Source: Monocercomonoides exilis PA203 (taxonomy: Eukaryota; Protista; Preaxostyla). Taken from it: a stretch of 64,000 bases of DNA. Below, one piece after another: positions 20,768 to 33,100 of this stretch. The DNA lies in assembly GCA_001643675.2 (NCBI GenBank), contig LSRY02000011.1, positions 310,001 to 374,000 of the forward strand. Direction: 5' to 3'. Numbering within the stretch: the first letter of the stretch is position 1; the number at the start of each line of letters is the position of its first letter. The position numbers and the translations under genes are program-made. The notes beneath the pieces are model-generated. The model was given only the letters and a program-made list of their open reading frames with translations, ran no database searches and was not told where the DNA came from.

Positions 20768-23590
20768 TTATGTCAATTCAAGATGAATGCTTCTGGTTGG
20801 AGGTAAATAAGGAAGCAAAGGGCCCGAAGGTGGGGTAAACGGAGGATGATTGGAAGGAGAATCATCTGCACTTCCGACAACTTTGACATGAAAAGAATGG
20901 CCTTCCATAGTTGAAGAAAGAAATTCAACAGGAAAGGCGAAAGGATTCTGCCTGCAAGCTGAACCTTTTCTATTTTGAGAAGATATTTCAGAGTTTGGCT
21001 TTCGAAAAATCAGAGAAGAATTAATTTGATTGTGAACAAGAGGCTTCAAAGCAGATGAAATGTTCACGCCGCTTGATGCTTTTGGCTCTTCCTTTCTTTG
21101 AGCTGATAAATTTGTTTGGCTTTGTGAAACGTTGTTTGCAACAGACGAAGATTGCAGAAAAGAATGACCATCATCGAATTCCACTTCTTTTTTATCACTT
21201 AAATTTGTTGATATCTTTTCGTCAGAATAATTTGTTGATTTATTGAACGAACTGACATCAATTTTGTCTTCCAGATAAGAATTTTGTTGAAACATATCCG
21301 ATGAATCATTTTTGTTTGAAATTGAGCTTGTTGAATCTGTTTTCTTTCTTTGAGAAGAATTAAAATTTGCGCTTTGAAGATCATCAAAAATTGAAACGCA
21401 TTCAAAATCATTTGATTGAAAGCCAGTTGGAATATCTGTACCGTTTGAAGGCAAATGTTTTTTCAATTGAGCATTGGCAGACTCATTCGAAGAATCTGTC
21501 GTCATTGTTAAAGATGATCCACAAAATGTGCAGTTTCCAGCATCCATTTGCCATTCAGTGCTTTCAAATGATGAACAGAGTTCCGAACTATTTTGGTGAT
21601 TGCTTTCAAAAGAGCATTCGTCGAAAGTCGATGAAGGATAGCTCATTTGGAGATTACTCAATGGATCGAAAGATGAAAATTCGAGCATCGATTTCGAAGA
21701 ATTATTGGAAGCATAATAAGCAGAATTCACACACGGAAATGTTCCAAAAGAAGATGTTGATGATGCTGGCACGGTTGACGATGATGAACAATCAAACAAA
21801 CACGGAGTTTCCAATTGAACCATTTCTGCAAATGAGTCGAAATGAGGTTCATCAGCAAATATTTCTTCTTTTATCATTCTATCTCTCTCTTGAATGATAC
21901 TCTTTTGTCTTTGTGTGCGTTTCTTCTCCTTTTCAGCGATAATCCTCTCGAAAATTTCTGTGTCCCTGTTGTACATCTCGAGCTCAGACATCTGTTTTTC
22001 CTGTTGTTCCTTCTTTTCTTTCTTTTCCTTTTTCTCAATCATTCTCTTCAGATAAAGTATTTTTTGTGCATTAGTTCCTTTTTCTTCCTCATCTTTAAGA
22101 CAAATCTTCAACTCTTCTAAAGTGACTTTCCTTCTATTCAATTTTTCACCAAATCCTTTTAATTTGCATTTTTCCAACTCCCACAGCTTTGTCTTTGCTT
22201 CTTTCCACATTTTCATCTCATCTTCGTCATCTAAATGCTCTTTTTCAATCCACACACCATAGCGCCTCCAAAGCCATTTGGCTTCTGCAATCTGCTTTCG
22301 TATCTGCTTCCTTCTCCTCTTTTTCAGTTTCTCTTCATTCTTCCTAAAGTATTCATCCAAGTCAGTCTCTTCATTATCTTTCTTTCTTTCAACGCAGAAA
22401 ATGCAGTCTGATTTGCTCGCTTCCTTCATTGAAAGCCATTCAGCACCGAGCTTTCGGAGTGCACAGTGATAAGCATCATCTTCAGAGTTCCATTTGTACA
22501 TCATGTCACACTGAATCGAAAAATGCACTCCGCTCTTTTTCTCTCCCTGTTCAAGATATTCAACGTCTGGCGCAAGAGATGCATTCTTGTCGAAGCTGCA
22601 TCCCCATTTGCTAAAATTATTCGCAAAAAGAGGGTCTAACAATGTTGAAGATGAATGAGATGAATCATCACTGTCCGAGGCATGCCAAACAGATGAATCC
22701 TCCATGAAGTCATGAGTGTTTTGATTGAGATGTTGTGGTGATGAAACGCAATCAGAAAAGGACTTTATGGATTTATGAAAAGGAGAAGCAAGAAAAGCAG
22801 GTGAATCTCTCGCATTCAGATGTTCATGATCAATTGAAAGAAAATTTGACCACACATCGAATTGCTGATCGCACTTTGACCTAAATATTGCCTTTCTTAC
22901 ACTTTTCTTTGAAGAAGTGTTGATCACATGTTTATCAAAATGCGTTGTGGAATGCTTTCTTTGAATATTCGTTTCAAATTGATTCTTTAGCGTTTCTGCA
23001 AAGTTAGATACCATGACAGATGGAATAAAATCTGTTATAGAAAAATCTTGTCTACAATTATTTCTCTGATTTTCAAAATCTTCATCGTTTTCCATTTCAA
23101 TTCGAAGCATATTGTGATCGACTTTTTGATTATTTATTTCTTCTTTGTTTGCATTTTCAAAGCAAAAATTTTTTGAGTCGAAATTTGGTACAATATTAAT
23201 GAAGTCATTCAATTCGATTTCTCTATTATCGTCAACTCTTAAATAACTCTGATTTTTTGAAACTTGGAGATTCTGAGTGTCATTTTTTATTTGTTGGTGA
23301 GGGGCCCCTTCATCATCTTTTGAGAAAAATGGTGAAGAAGGCACAGTAAAATAATCGCTTGATTTCACAGATTTCGCATCATTGCTGGAAGAAAAATCAA
23401 AACTTGTAAACTGTTTGTTAGAATCTTTTGAAGTAACTGAATTCATTCTAAACATCTTTGAGCTCGAAAAATTAAAAAACTGCTGATAATCCGAGCTTTC
23501 AGTTAAATTGCCTGAGAAAAATAAAACCCTTGATAAAATAATATTAAAGAACCAACTCTTGAAAGCAATCTCTTCCATTTCTCTCATCAT
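20768..23590 (-). CDS. Hypothetical protein, Ser-rich with a central charged/coiled-coil region
   Basis: 940-codon uninterrupted ORF in AT-rich DNA with no recognisable domain. The true start may be a downstream ATG near 23455. Confidence 0.7.
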   Translation of the reverse strand: MMREMEEIAFKSWFFNIILSRVLFFSGNLTESSDYQQFFNFSSSKMFRMNSVTSKDSNKQFTSFDFSSSNDAKSVKSSDYFTVPSSPFFSKDDEGAPHQQIKNDTQNLQVSKNQSYLRVDDNREIELNDFINIVPNFDSKNFCFENANKEEINNQKVDHNMLRIEMENDEDFENQRNNCRQDFSITDFIPSVMVSNFAETLKNQFETNIQRKHSTTHFDKHVINTSSKKSVRKAIFRSKCDQQFDVWSNFLSIDHEHLNARDSPAFLASPFHKSIKSFSDCVSSPQHLNQNTHDFMEDSSVWHASDSDDSSHSSSTLLDPLFANNFSKWGCSFDKNASLAPDVEYLEQGEKKSGVHFSIQCDMMYKWNSEDDAYHCALRKLGAEWLSMKEASKSDCIFCVERKKDNEETDLDEYFRKNEEKLKKRRRKQIRKQIAEAKWLWRRYGVWIEKEHLDDEDEMKMWKEAKTKLWELEKCKLKGFGEKLNRRKVTLEELKICLKDEEEKGTNAQKILYLKRMIEKKEKKEKKEQQEKQMSELEMYNRDTEIFERIIAEKEKKRTQRQKSIIQERDRMIKEEIFADEPHFDSFAEMVQLETPCLFDCSSSSTVPASSTSSFGTFPCVNSAYYASNNSSKSMLEFSSFDPLSNLQMSYPSSTFDECSFESNHQNSSELCSSFESTEWQMDAGNCTFCGSSLTMTTDSSNESANAQLKKHLPSNGTDIPTGFQSNDFECVSIFDDLQSANFNSSQRKKTDSTSSISNKNDSSDMFQQNSYLEDKIDVSSFNKSTNYSDEKISTNLSDKKEVEFDDGHSFLQSSSVANNVSQSQTNLSAQRKEEPKASSGVNISSALKPLVHNQINSSLIFRKPNSEISSQNRKGSACRQNPFAFPVEFLSSTMEGHSFHVKVVGSADDSPSNHPPFTPPSGPLLPYLPPTRSIHLELT

Positions 23591-23840
23591 GTTTTATTAT
23601 TTCGTTAAAATGTTGATGGCAGTGAGTCTAAAAAATAGGATATTAGAAAAAAATCAAAAAAACTTGGCAATATTTTTTACAAAATTTCGAAAAAAATTTT
23701 TGATTGGCAAACAATCAAAGAGAATTTCAACAAATCAATGATTGAAAAATATAATGATGGGTTCATATCCATATTTAAAAAATATCAAATCATTTTTTGT
23801 ATTCAATAATAAATAAAAAAGCAAATAGATTCTCAAAATA

Positions 23841-23843
<3 letters not shown>

Positions 23844-23920
<77 letters not shown>

Positions 23921-23926
23921 CATACA

Positions 23927-23961
<35 letters not shown>
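23844..23961. repeat. (TA)n microsatellite followed by a poly(A) run, between divergently oriented genes
   Basis: About 70 bp of pure AT dinucleotide, then an A-run at 23928-23961. Confidence 0.95.
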
Positions 23962-23966
<5 letters not shown>

Positions 23967-24104
23967 CTGTCCATTTCATATTTCCGAATTAAAGAAATTA
24001 TTTCATAATTCATTATAAATGTTATCCTCAAAGCAAATGCACTATTTCTTTCTCGTTTCTTGTCTCTCATGAATCGTTGAAACGGAGATCACTCTTTAAA
24101 AAAT

Positions 24105-26906
24105 GTGGAAAATGAAAAAGAGAAAGAAAACAGAGAAGCGAAAAGGAAGAATGAGAAATCAACCAGAAACTCTTTGGAAAACAGATTTCATGAAAACGAG
24201 GAATTTGATGAACAAAGGACTGCCAAAGAGAACATGAAAAGAAAGCAAAGAGAGATTCATCTGGAATTGGAAAAGGAAGAATTGCGAGGTGAGGAAAAGG
24301 CAACAGAACGGATCATCTCGTCAAAAGACAAATTTCACGATGAAGAAAGCGTGAATGAAACATCAACCGAGGAAAAGATACATCACAGCTCACATGTTGC
24401 CAGCAGCCAAGCATCGCCTTCTGAAAGCTCAACAGGAAGGAATTTGCGTTCTCCAGCAAAAACAAGTTCTGCGGAGCAACACACTGCGAATCACTTGAGT
24501 CATGCTGAAAGGGAGAAAGGGCACACAAAGCACATGAGCCATTCTCGTATGTTGCATTCTCAACGCATCCACAACTCACACAGTCTTGTCAACCACTCAC
24601 ATCCGTTGCAAACGCCCGGCTCTTCAGAGCGATGCGATTCAACTGATGATTTTGAGGATGAGGATTCTGATTATTCTGCCCCTTCTGCCTCTTCTGTTTC
24701 CTCAGCATCTCCATCTTCATCGATCTCTCCAAAACATTATAACAAACTGTCATTCCGCTTTGGCAAAAAAGAGAATAAGAGCAGAGAAAAAGAAGAGAGA
24801 AACAACAGAACACGTGGTGAGTCAGAACACGATGAATATTTGGGATTCTCTGAATTCTCTGAATTTCGGGTGTTATCTCCACCATCTCATCCATTTTCAC
24901 ATTTCCCTTCTTCAGAAGTGTTGCATCAGTCTGAGCCGCATTCTCTTCCGCTTCCCACTTCTCATCCACTGTCTACCAGCCAATTTGAGCATCAGGTTGA
25001 ATCGTCTCAGCACTTCATGCAATCGACATCTGCACCGCTGACATCACCAGATCGAATGAGGCAGACACTTGCAACGTATCCTTCGTCTGATGCATCTGCA
25101 TCCAATCACACATCTTCTGCCTTTTCACCAACATCCACAGCATCCTATTCAACTTCTTCATCAACTTCAACCTCTTCTGAAATTGTGATGCTTCGAAGTG
25201 ATTTGAACGAGATGAAGACGAAAATAGAAATGCTTGCACAGCAAGCCACAGACGCTGACAAAAGAGAGCACGAATGGAAATGGAAAGAAGAAACGTGGAA
25301 GAGGCAAAAGACAGAGGCTCATGAGAGAGAAGAGATGTGGAAGGACAAAGTGGAGAGAATGAAGAGAAAAGAAGAAGAAAAAGCTCGAATCGAAGAAAGG
25401 GAAAGGCAAGAAAGCGAGACGAAAAGAAGAGATGCTGCACGAGAGAGTGAAAGAGAACGAAGTGAATTGAAAGCGAGACTGAAAGAGAAAGAGGATTCAC
25501 TGCTGAGAACACAGGAAGCGCTTGCAGCTTGCAAAAGAGAAATTGAAGAAATAAAAAACAGAAACGAGATTGAGAAGGAAGAGATAGAAAAGGAGTGGCG
25601 TGAAATGTGGAGGGAAAGAGAGCGGGAAATTGAAAGTGAAGAGAAAAGGAAGACAAAGGCAGAGGAGAAAAAATGGAATGAAGCGATTGATAGAATGAAC
25701 GAAGAAAACAAGCAGGAAAGGCAGAAAAGAAGAGAGGCAGAAGAAGAGTGTGGGCGGATGAAAGAAGCGATGGAATTTGACAAGCGAGAAAAAGAAAGGC
25801 AGCTGGGAGAGATTGCGAATGAAATGAGAGCCGGATGGAAAAGAAAGATGGAGCGAGACAAGGCAAATGTGGAGGCAGAGCTGAGCGAGATGAAGGAGAA
25901 GTGGAGGAATGAAAAGCAGAGTTTGACAAAAGTGAATGAAGAGCTGGAGAAGAAATTGGAAGGGGTGAAAAGCGAAAACGAAGAGATGAAATCAGAAAGG
26001 AAACAAATGAATGGAGAAAAAGCAGAACTGGATGAAGCAAAGAATGAGCTGGAAAGATCGCTGAAAGCTCAGGGAAACGAGATGGAAGAATTGAAGCAGC
26101 GCATACGAGATGCAAATGATGAAAAAGAACAGCTGAAGCAATCTGTGGATTATTTGAACAAGAAATTGAGGGAAGAACAGAATTTGAGAGAAGAGGAGAA
26201 AAAATCGTGGATGGAAAGAGAAAGAGCAAAAGCTAGAGAATATGAGAGAGAAAAGGAGTATGAACGACAGAGAGAAAGAGAAAGAGAAAGAGAGAGGGAA
26301 TGGGAAAGAGACAGAGAACACCAGAAAAGACTTGAATCGATAAGCAATCTTCGATCATCATATCCATCAGCATCGTTTTCTTCATCGAACACACCCACTT
26401 CCCTTTTTTCTCCATATCACTCTGATGTTTCTGTGCTTCCATCATTTCCCACAAGTTATTCGAAATCGCTGCAATCTCCTCCAGAATCTCCACACACAAA
26501 ACTTCTTTCTTCGCCTTCCTCGTCTCCAAAAACTGTGTCACAACATCCTCTGCAATACCCATCTCCTTCAGACTCGACAAATTCGTCTCCGTTTCGAGCA
26601 ACAACTCAGGCACACTCATTTTCATCAATGCAATCCACATCATCAACGGAAACATCCTCCTCTTCCTCTCCAGCAAGTTCAAGACAACCAGAAGCATCCG
26701 CTCTCAATGAGCTGCAAAAAGCACTCAGTGCAAAACAGATGGAGTTTTCATCGTTGCAGTCTGCATTGGCGCGAATTGGGCGAAAAGGGCAGCGCCAAGC
26801 AGAAGTGAAGAGAGAAAGAGAGAAGACAGAAAACGAAATGAACCAAGTTGAACGAGAAATAAACGAACTGAAATGCAGACTGCGGATGATGGTGGCAAAA
26901 AAATAG
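24105..26906 (+). CDS. Hypothetical coiled-coil protein (E/K/R-rich core flanked by Ser/His-rich disordered regions)
   Basis: 933-codon open frame with long heptad-like charged segments. The 5' end is uncertain (GTG start; first ATG near 24234). Confidence 0.75.
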   Translation: MENEKEKENREAKRKNEKSTRNSLENRFHENEEFDEQRTAKENMKRKQREIHLELEKEELRGEEKATERIISSKDKFHDEESVNETSTEEKIHHSSHVASSQASPSESSTGRNLRSPAKTSSAEQHTANHLSHAEREKGHTKHMSHSRMLHSQRIHNSHSLVNHSHPLQTPGSSERCDSTDDFEDEDSDYSAPSASSVSSASPSSSISPKHYNKLSFRFGKKENKSREKEERNNRTRGESEHDEYLGFSEFSEFRVLSPPSHPFSHFPSSEVLHQSEPHSLPLPTSHPLSTSQFEHQVESSQHFMQSTSAPLTSPDRMRQTLATYPSSDASASNHTSSAFSPTSTASYSTSSSTSTSSEIVMLRSDLNEMKTKIEMLAQQATDADKREHEWKWKEETWKRQKTEAHEREEMWKDKVERMKRKEEEKARIEERERQESETKRRDAARESERERSELKARLKEKEDSLLRTQEALAACKREIEEIKNRNEIEKEEIEKEWREMWREREREIESEEKRKTKAEEKKWNEAIDRMNEENKQERQKRREAEEECGRMKEAMEFDKREKERQLGEIANEMRAGWKRKMERDKANVEAELSEMKEKWRNEKQSLTKVNEELEKKLEGVKSENEEMKSERKQMNGEKAELDEAKNELERSLKAQGNEMEELKQRIRDANDEKEQLKQSVDYLNKKLREEQNLREEEKKSWMERERAKAREYEREKEYERQREREREREREWERDREHQKRLESISNLRSSYPSASFSSSNTPTSLFSPYHSDVSVLPSFPTSYSKSLQSPPESPHTKLLSSPSSSPKTVSQHPLQYPSPSDSTNSSPFRATTQAHSFSSMQSTSSTETSSSSSPASSRQPEASALNELQKALSAKQMEFSSLQSALARIGRKGQRQAEVKREREKTENEMNQVEREINELKCRLRMMVAKK

Positions 26907-27176
26907 ATCATTTCTAAATACACATCTGAATATTCACGTTTTTGTGTTTTTGCTTTTGATATGCAAATTTCAAAACAAAACAAAAAAAAAAAAAAATAAG
27001 CATATACCAACAGAAAAAAAGAAACGAAAACAACAAGAATTTGAGTTACACATTAAATTCAAATATTACAAGAATATTAAAATGAAGAAGGGGCTGTTGT
27101 GTGAACAATTCAGAAAAGCACATGAAAATGATCTTTTTGGCTGTTTTCTCTTTTTTGTGATTCACGAGCAGCTCTG

Positions 27177-30100
27177 TCACTGCTCCGAGCTCATCATCTG
27201 CCCAGTGGACAGCCTTTGATCCTCAACAAAGCTGACTGCTTCATAGTCGATTGCATCAGACACGGTGAGCATGACTGTGCCTGCTGGGAAATGCCCAATG
27301 AACTCCCGCTTCAGCCCGACCAGCGTTGGCCTCTCTTTTCGGTCAACCGAAAGGCACTCCTTTATCACTTCGCAATAGCTCGTCTCAATCGTCTTGCTTG
27401 TGTCGGGCCTTTCTCCTCTCACAATCTTATCTCCTGCAACCACAGCTTCATACTCCCCAAACGGGATCTGCAGCGTCAGGCTCTCCCACAGCATCATCCC
27501 AATCGAGAATGCAACAGTCTTCTTCGTTGCATGCGTCTTTGCGCCGTTCAGCAGCTCTGGTGCCTTCCACCTCAAACACTCTTTTTTGAAGTCATCCTCT
27601 TCCTCAAATGCTGAAGATGGCGGTGGTGAGCCTCTGCCATTCTTATTGATGGTTGAATCATCCGATGAGGAAGTGATAATGGTGGATGATGAGATGGATG
27701 ATGAATCTGAATCATCGTCAGATGAGAAGTCGGAGTGCATCACAATGCAGATCACCATATGCTCTGAGAAGAGCACAATGTGAGGACTCAGATTTGCCAG
27801 CGATTGAAGAGGATTTTCCATCTCATCGAAAGAGTGGAGAGCGAGATTTGCCACCCAGAACATGATCTGAGCAGCTGTCTGCTCCCTCTCCTGCAGAGTG
27901 CCAATTGCCATCTCTTTTGTCTTATTCAGCCCATGAAGCAGCATGAATAGAGAATCTCTCAGATCCACAATCAGCTTCTCATGAGGAGATGAGCAGGCCA
28001 TTGCATCCACAAGATTCGACATGGATGATGTGGTTGGGCACAGATCCTCTCTTCGAACAAATGTTGAATCTGAATCTGAAGTGTCTGTGGTTGAAGTGGA
28101 TGAAATGGAAGGTGATGGTGTTCGTTTTCTCGTTTCGTCCTCGGTCTCTTTCTCATCGATTTTCTCCAACATCCATTGAGGGATCTTGTCAGAATCTCTC
28201 CCAAGGATGTATTCTGTGGAGCCATTCTCACTCAACAAATACTCTTCTGACTCAGAATGCTGCATCTCCTTTCCATTCATTCTCTTTTTGATCCTCTCCT
28301 CATTCTTCTTCTCTGCCTCCCTCTCTGCTCTTCTCCACTGATCCTCTGGAGACATCTCCATCGTCACCATCTCAAACGCCTTCGGATCTTTTCTGATATT
28401 ATCATTAACAATCTCCTTGTATTTTTTCGCTTCTTCTTTTGCATTTCTCCATCGAATTGCAAGAACAATCGAAACAATAAAAACAATCAAAAACAAAACG
28501 ACAAATATTATTATTACAACCAAGGTCCATGATGATTTCCCCTCTTTTCCTCCTTCCACAAGTTTATCGTTTCCACTTCCACTAGTTTCACTTCTATTTT
28601 TCAGGATGAATTCTGCTGTGAATGATGGTAAATTGGATTTTCCAAATTGAATGCACATGCTCGCTTCAGCTTTGGTTTCCATCACTTTGAGCAATTCCAA
28701 AGAAATTGTTGAATGGACTTCATTCTCTGATACACAGTCTTCTTCATCAATTCCCTTTCTCACGATTTCCTCTTCATCTCCATTTTTCATGCTCATCTTC
28801 ACAGACAAATCACATGGCAGAAGCAGCTTCCCATGAATGATCAACTCCAATTCACCTGTTGATTGTGTTGCATTCTTCACATCTTCAAGAATTGGAATAA
28901 AGAAGGGGGATGCTCTTTCAGCTGCTATCCCTCCCAATCTGCATCCCTCGTCCAATATCCAAAGTGATGTGTTTTTCTCTATTCCATCTCCTCCTTTCAC
29001 ACTCACAACATTCAATTCGCTATTCCCTGTGCAGATCACATTCCTTCGAACTGATGGATATCCCTCAATGAATGGATTGTTGTTCTCGAATTCTCCCTTT
29101 TCAATCTTCACACTCCCTCCACTCACCCACAATCCACCAGCTTTGCTATTTTTGATTGCTGTTTCTTTCATCTCCACTTTGCTATTTTCAATATCAACCA
29201 ATGATCCATTCCACCCACAGATTTCTTTCCTGTTCATTTTCTCATGTGTTTCTTCACTCCCTTCTCCATTCCCTTCTCCATCAAATGCGCATGCCTCAAT
29301 CCTCACTGCTCTGCCTTCTCTTATCTGAGCCATGCTTCCTTTCTCCTTCGAATTCGTGCATTTGCCAAATGAGCAATTCAGAACACTCACATCTTCTTCT
29401 GCTCCTTCAATCTTCATTGCACTTCCTCCTTTCATCAATGAAATATTATTGGCTGCTATTTCTTTCATTTCCACTTTCGCTTTGCCTCCCACCACAACCA
29501 CATCGCCTTCACATTCAATGTTTGTGATGATCGTCTCAACCACTTCCACTTTTGACTCTTCACAAAATGAAAGCAATGATGCCGATGAATGAAGATTCCT
29601 GAATGCTGAATCAAATATCCTCAGCTCTCCTCTTTCAACATTCACAATTGAACTGTTCAACTTCAACTCAATTGCTGAAGAGAAGAACTCACATTTTTGT
29701 ATTTCCATAGATCCGTTCTTCACTTTCATTAGGTAATTGTGAGTTGACTCAAATGTCTCTTCAAACTGGAATGAGCATCTCTCCACAGAACATTCATTTA
29801 TAAACTCCATGATGCAATCCTTATCAGATGATTTCTCAACCTTGGAGTTCAGTCTCACAATCGCCTGTGTCTTTTTGAGTGAATTCACAACCAGATCCCC
29901 GATCACACATTCCTTTGTCACAGTCCCTTCTCCATCAATAAGAATCGCATTCATCACTCCTTCTTGAATGTGATCAACAGCACAGTTGATGCTGAGACAT
30001 GGATTGCTCTGAGCTCCACATTGCCTGTCATCAGTTCCTGTTGAATTCACAAACACCTGTGCCGAATAATAGAATGTGATGAGCGGAATCAGATCTATAT

Positions 30101-33100
30101 CAGTGTTTCCCTCTGAATCGTTCCCGCAGATAGAGTTGTTTGAATTCAAAGACTCCTGATTGTAGTTCAAAGCAATCAGAGTTTCGTTGATCTGATGAGC
30201 AATCGAGTTGCATCTAACAAAAATATCGTTTCCCACAAATGCCTCATCCAAAGAAAACAAGATATTTGCCATTTTAAATCGAAGGGGAGGAATTTGAGAA
30301 TCAACTGCATAACTAATATTTGGGTCTGCTCCATCAATATACATCCCTCCACCACGCCCTGATTGAGTTGAGCACTTACACATTGAAAATGAGCTGCCAT
30401 TCACTTTTAAAATCGATTCTTCACTCTTCATCACCACTTTCACTCCTCCACCTTCCAAGCTCGAAACACTCCTGCAATTTGACATTGAACACTCATCTAT
30501 TATGCACTCCACTCCATGCTCAAATGATCCCACATCAATAACACCTGCTCCATTTTCTTCGTTTGTGATGTTTGCAAATGAGCACCCAACAACCCTCAAA
30601 ACAGGTTTATTGCTATAAATATGTGCATTTCTTTTTCCATTTGCATTGCTGACTTCAAACATCGAAATAAGGCTTTTCTCCTTCACAGCAGCAAATGAAA
30701 CGTTCACGTTCTGAGTAGTCACCACTGTTGCACTTGGGCTGAAACAGATCAACCCTTTCAAATCAGAAATCAAACTCAAAGAACATCTCTCAATCAAAAC
30801 GCTCCCTCCATTCACTCTCATCATGCAATATCCTGCTGTCTCTGTCAACCCTGTCAATGAACCAAATGAGCAATCAACAATTGTCAAACATGAATTTGTT
30901 CCAGAGGATTCTATAAACACTTCATGATGGGTCGTGATGGTTGGTTTGGTGAACGAGACATTGACAAATGACAAGCTCACATTCGATGATATCATTGAAC
31001 AATCATTCAGATCATTCTCGTCTTCATCACTTATGATCAAAGCTGTCCCTTTCTTTGTCCCTTCTATCACAACTTTTGGTGACTCTAAAATTGATGATGA
31101 AATAAAAGAAAATGAAATGGAATGGCTCAACAGCCCTGATCCCACAATGCTGATGTGTGTTTCCCCTTCTCCAAGTGTTGAATATCGAAGACTCTTCAGA
31201 TGGTCAATCGATGAACATGGTGCTTCTGAAAATCCACACCCACTGAAGTCTCCTCCTTTCTCCTTCGAAACAAATCCATCCCCACTCCAGTTGCTCCACA
31301 AATACACAACAAGCGGAATCACATATCCCTCTCCTGTTGTCTTCCTTTCCCATCCACACAACTCATCCAATGATTCTGACTCCTCTTCATTCATCTCCCA
31401 TTTCAGTTGTTCGTTTGACATAATCTCACTCAGATCCCATCCTGAAACAAACACATTCTTCCCTTTCCAGGCATTGCATCCTTCGAATATCATTCCTTCA
31501 AGCACAGTTGATCCCATTTCTTCTGCAAATCTCACAAACAACCCTCCTCCAATTCCTCTTCCTCCTTCCTCTTTATCCATTGATGGCACTTCACATCCAT
31601 CAAACTTCACATTTTTCATCTCCAAACTTCCTCTCTCTCCAACAGATATCATCACCCCTCCTCCTTTCATCCCACTTCCACCTGAGCATGTCGATGACAA
31701 ATTGCATCCTTCAATATTCGCATTCCCCCCTTCTTTCATTTCCACGTTCAAGCATCCTCCTCCACTCCCACCTTCCACTTCCACTCCACTCGCACTGATG
31801 TTCTTTATATCCAGTTCCGTTCCATTTTTCATCGTTATTGGTGATATTCCATTCATTGTCATCCTCACTTTCTCTTCTATCACAAATCCATCAACAATCA
31901 GCTTCCCTCCTTTTTTGTCAATAATGCTGTATCCTATCATCCCATTAGTCTGTGCCTCTTCTGCAAATGAAATGGAGCAGTTTGCGATTGTGAGTGTTGA
32001 CAGAGATGAATAAATAAGTGCTTTTCTTGCGTTTTTCAGAGGAGAATTCACAGAAAAAGTGATATAGCTGACTGAAAGCGAACTTGTGCACTCAATGAAC
32101 CTTTCTTGGTTTGTTGATCCTTCATCACTCACATTCACTCTCAGCTTCTCTTCTTCCATTAATTCTCTTTTCCCTGATAGGATCACATCACATGAAGCCA
32201 CTTTCACTTCACTTTTAATTGATGATTCAGAAACGACTTCGATTTTATGAATGCTGATGTTCGCTCTCTCACTTATGCAATAGTCAATCGTCAGACACCC
32301 AAACTTCTCGAATCCACATCGGCTGTGATCCAATGACCATTCTCCACTCCCATCAACAATCAGCTTTGATCCCATTGAACACAAATACACAAACAGCGGA
32401 ATCACTTCGTCTTCATTCCCATTCTCACTCCCACTCAGCTCCAAAACATCTGTTGGAATTGCTCTTGCATCAAAAAATCCAAATGAAGTTGCATTCACTT
32501 TTGACTCAAGCAATATCCCTGAGTTGCAACAAACAAACACATCCTTCCCAAACGTTGCAGCGTTGTCTGCATCAACTGAAAACTTCACACCACTCTCTAT
32601 TTTCAATCCACAATCTCTACTCCCCATCTCAACCATCATTCCTCCTCCTCTCCCTTCTCTTTCTCCCAAACCATTCGCTTCACATCCATCAATCACACTC
32701 GTCCCATTCACAACCACACTTCCTTCTCCTTTCACGCTTGCATGTATCCCCCCTCCTCTTCCACAGCAGCTGCACCCTTTGATATTGCATCCTTCAATCA
32801 CAAATATCCCATTTTTCCCCTCACCTCTTTCTGTCCCAACTTCCCCATTCATCCATCCCCCATCTCCATTTCTCTTTTCAACGTTGCTCACGTTGCATCC
32901 CACACACACACCAACATCCACCCCGCCTGCAAGCTCAACCAACGAGTGAACTCCAAATAGTGAACTTTCTTCAATCACAAAACCTTCCATTTTCAGCTTT
33001 CTTCCAATTGCCCTGACAAAGCTGCATCCAATAGCATCACCTTCTGTATTCTCTGAGGAGCAACTAACAGAACAGTCTGTGAGTGTGAGGAGTGTTGAGT

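Noticed and set aside
25015-26697. Long antisense ORFs opposite coiled-coil genes (404 aa here; 403 aa at 39895..41106)
   Set aside because: The reverse complement of GAA/GAG/AAG-rich sequence is naturally stop-poor, giving Phe/Leu/Ser-rich translations.
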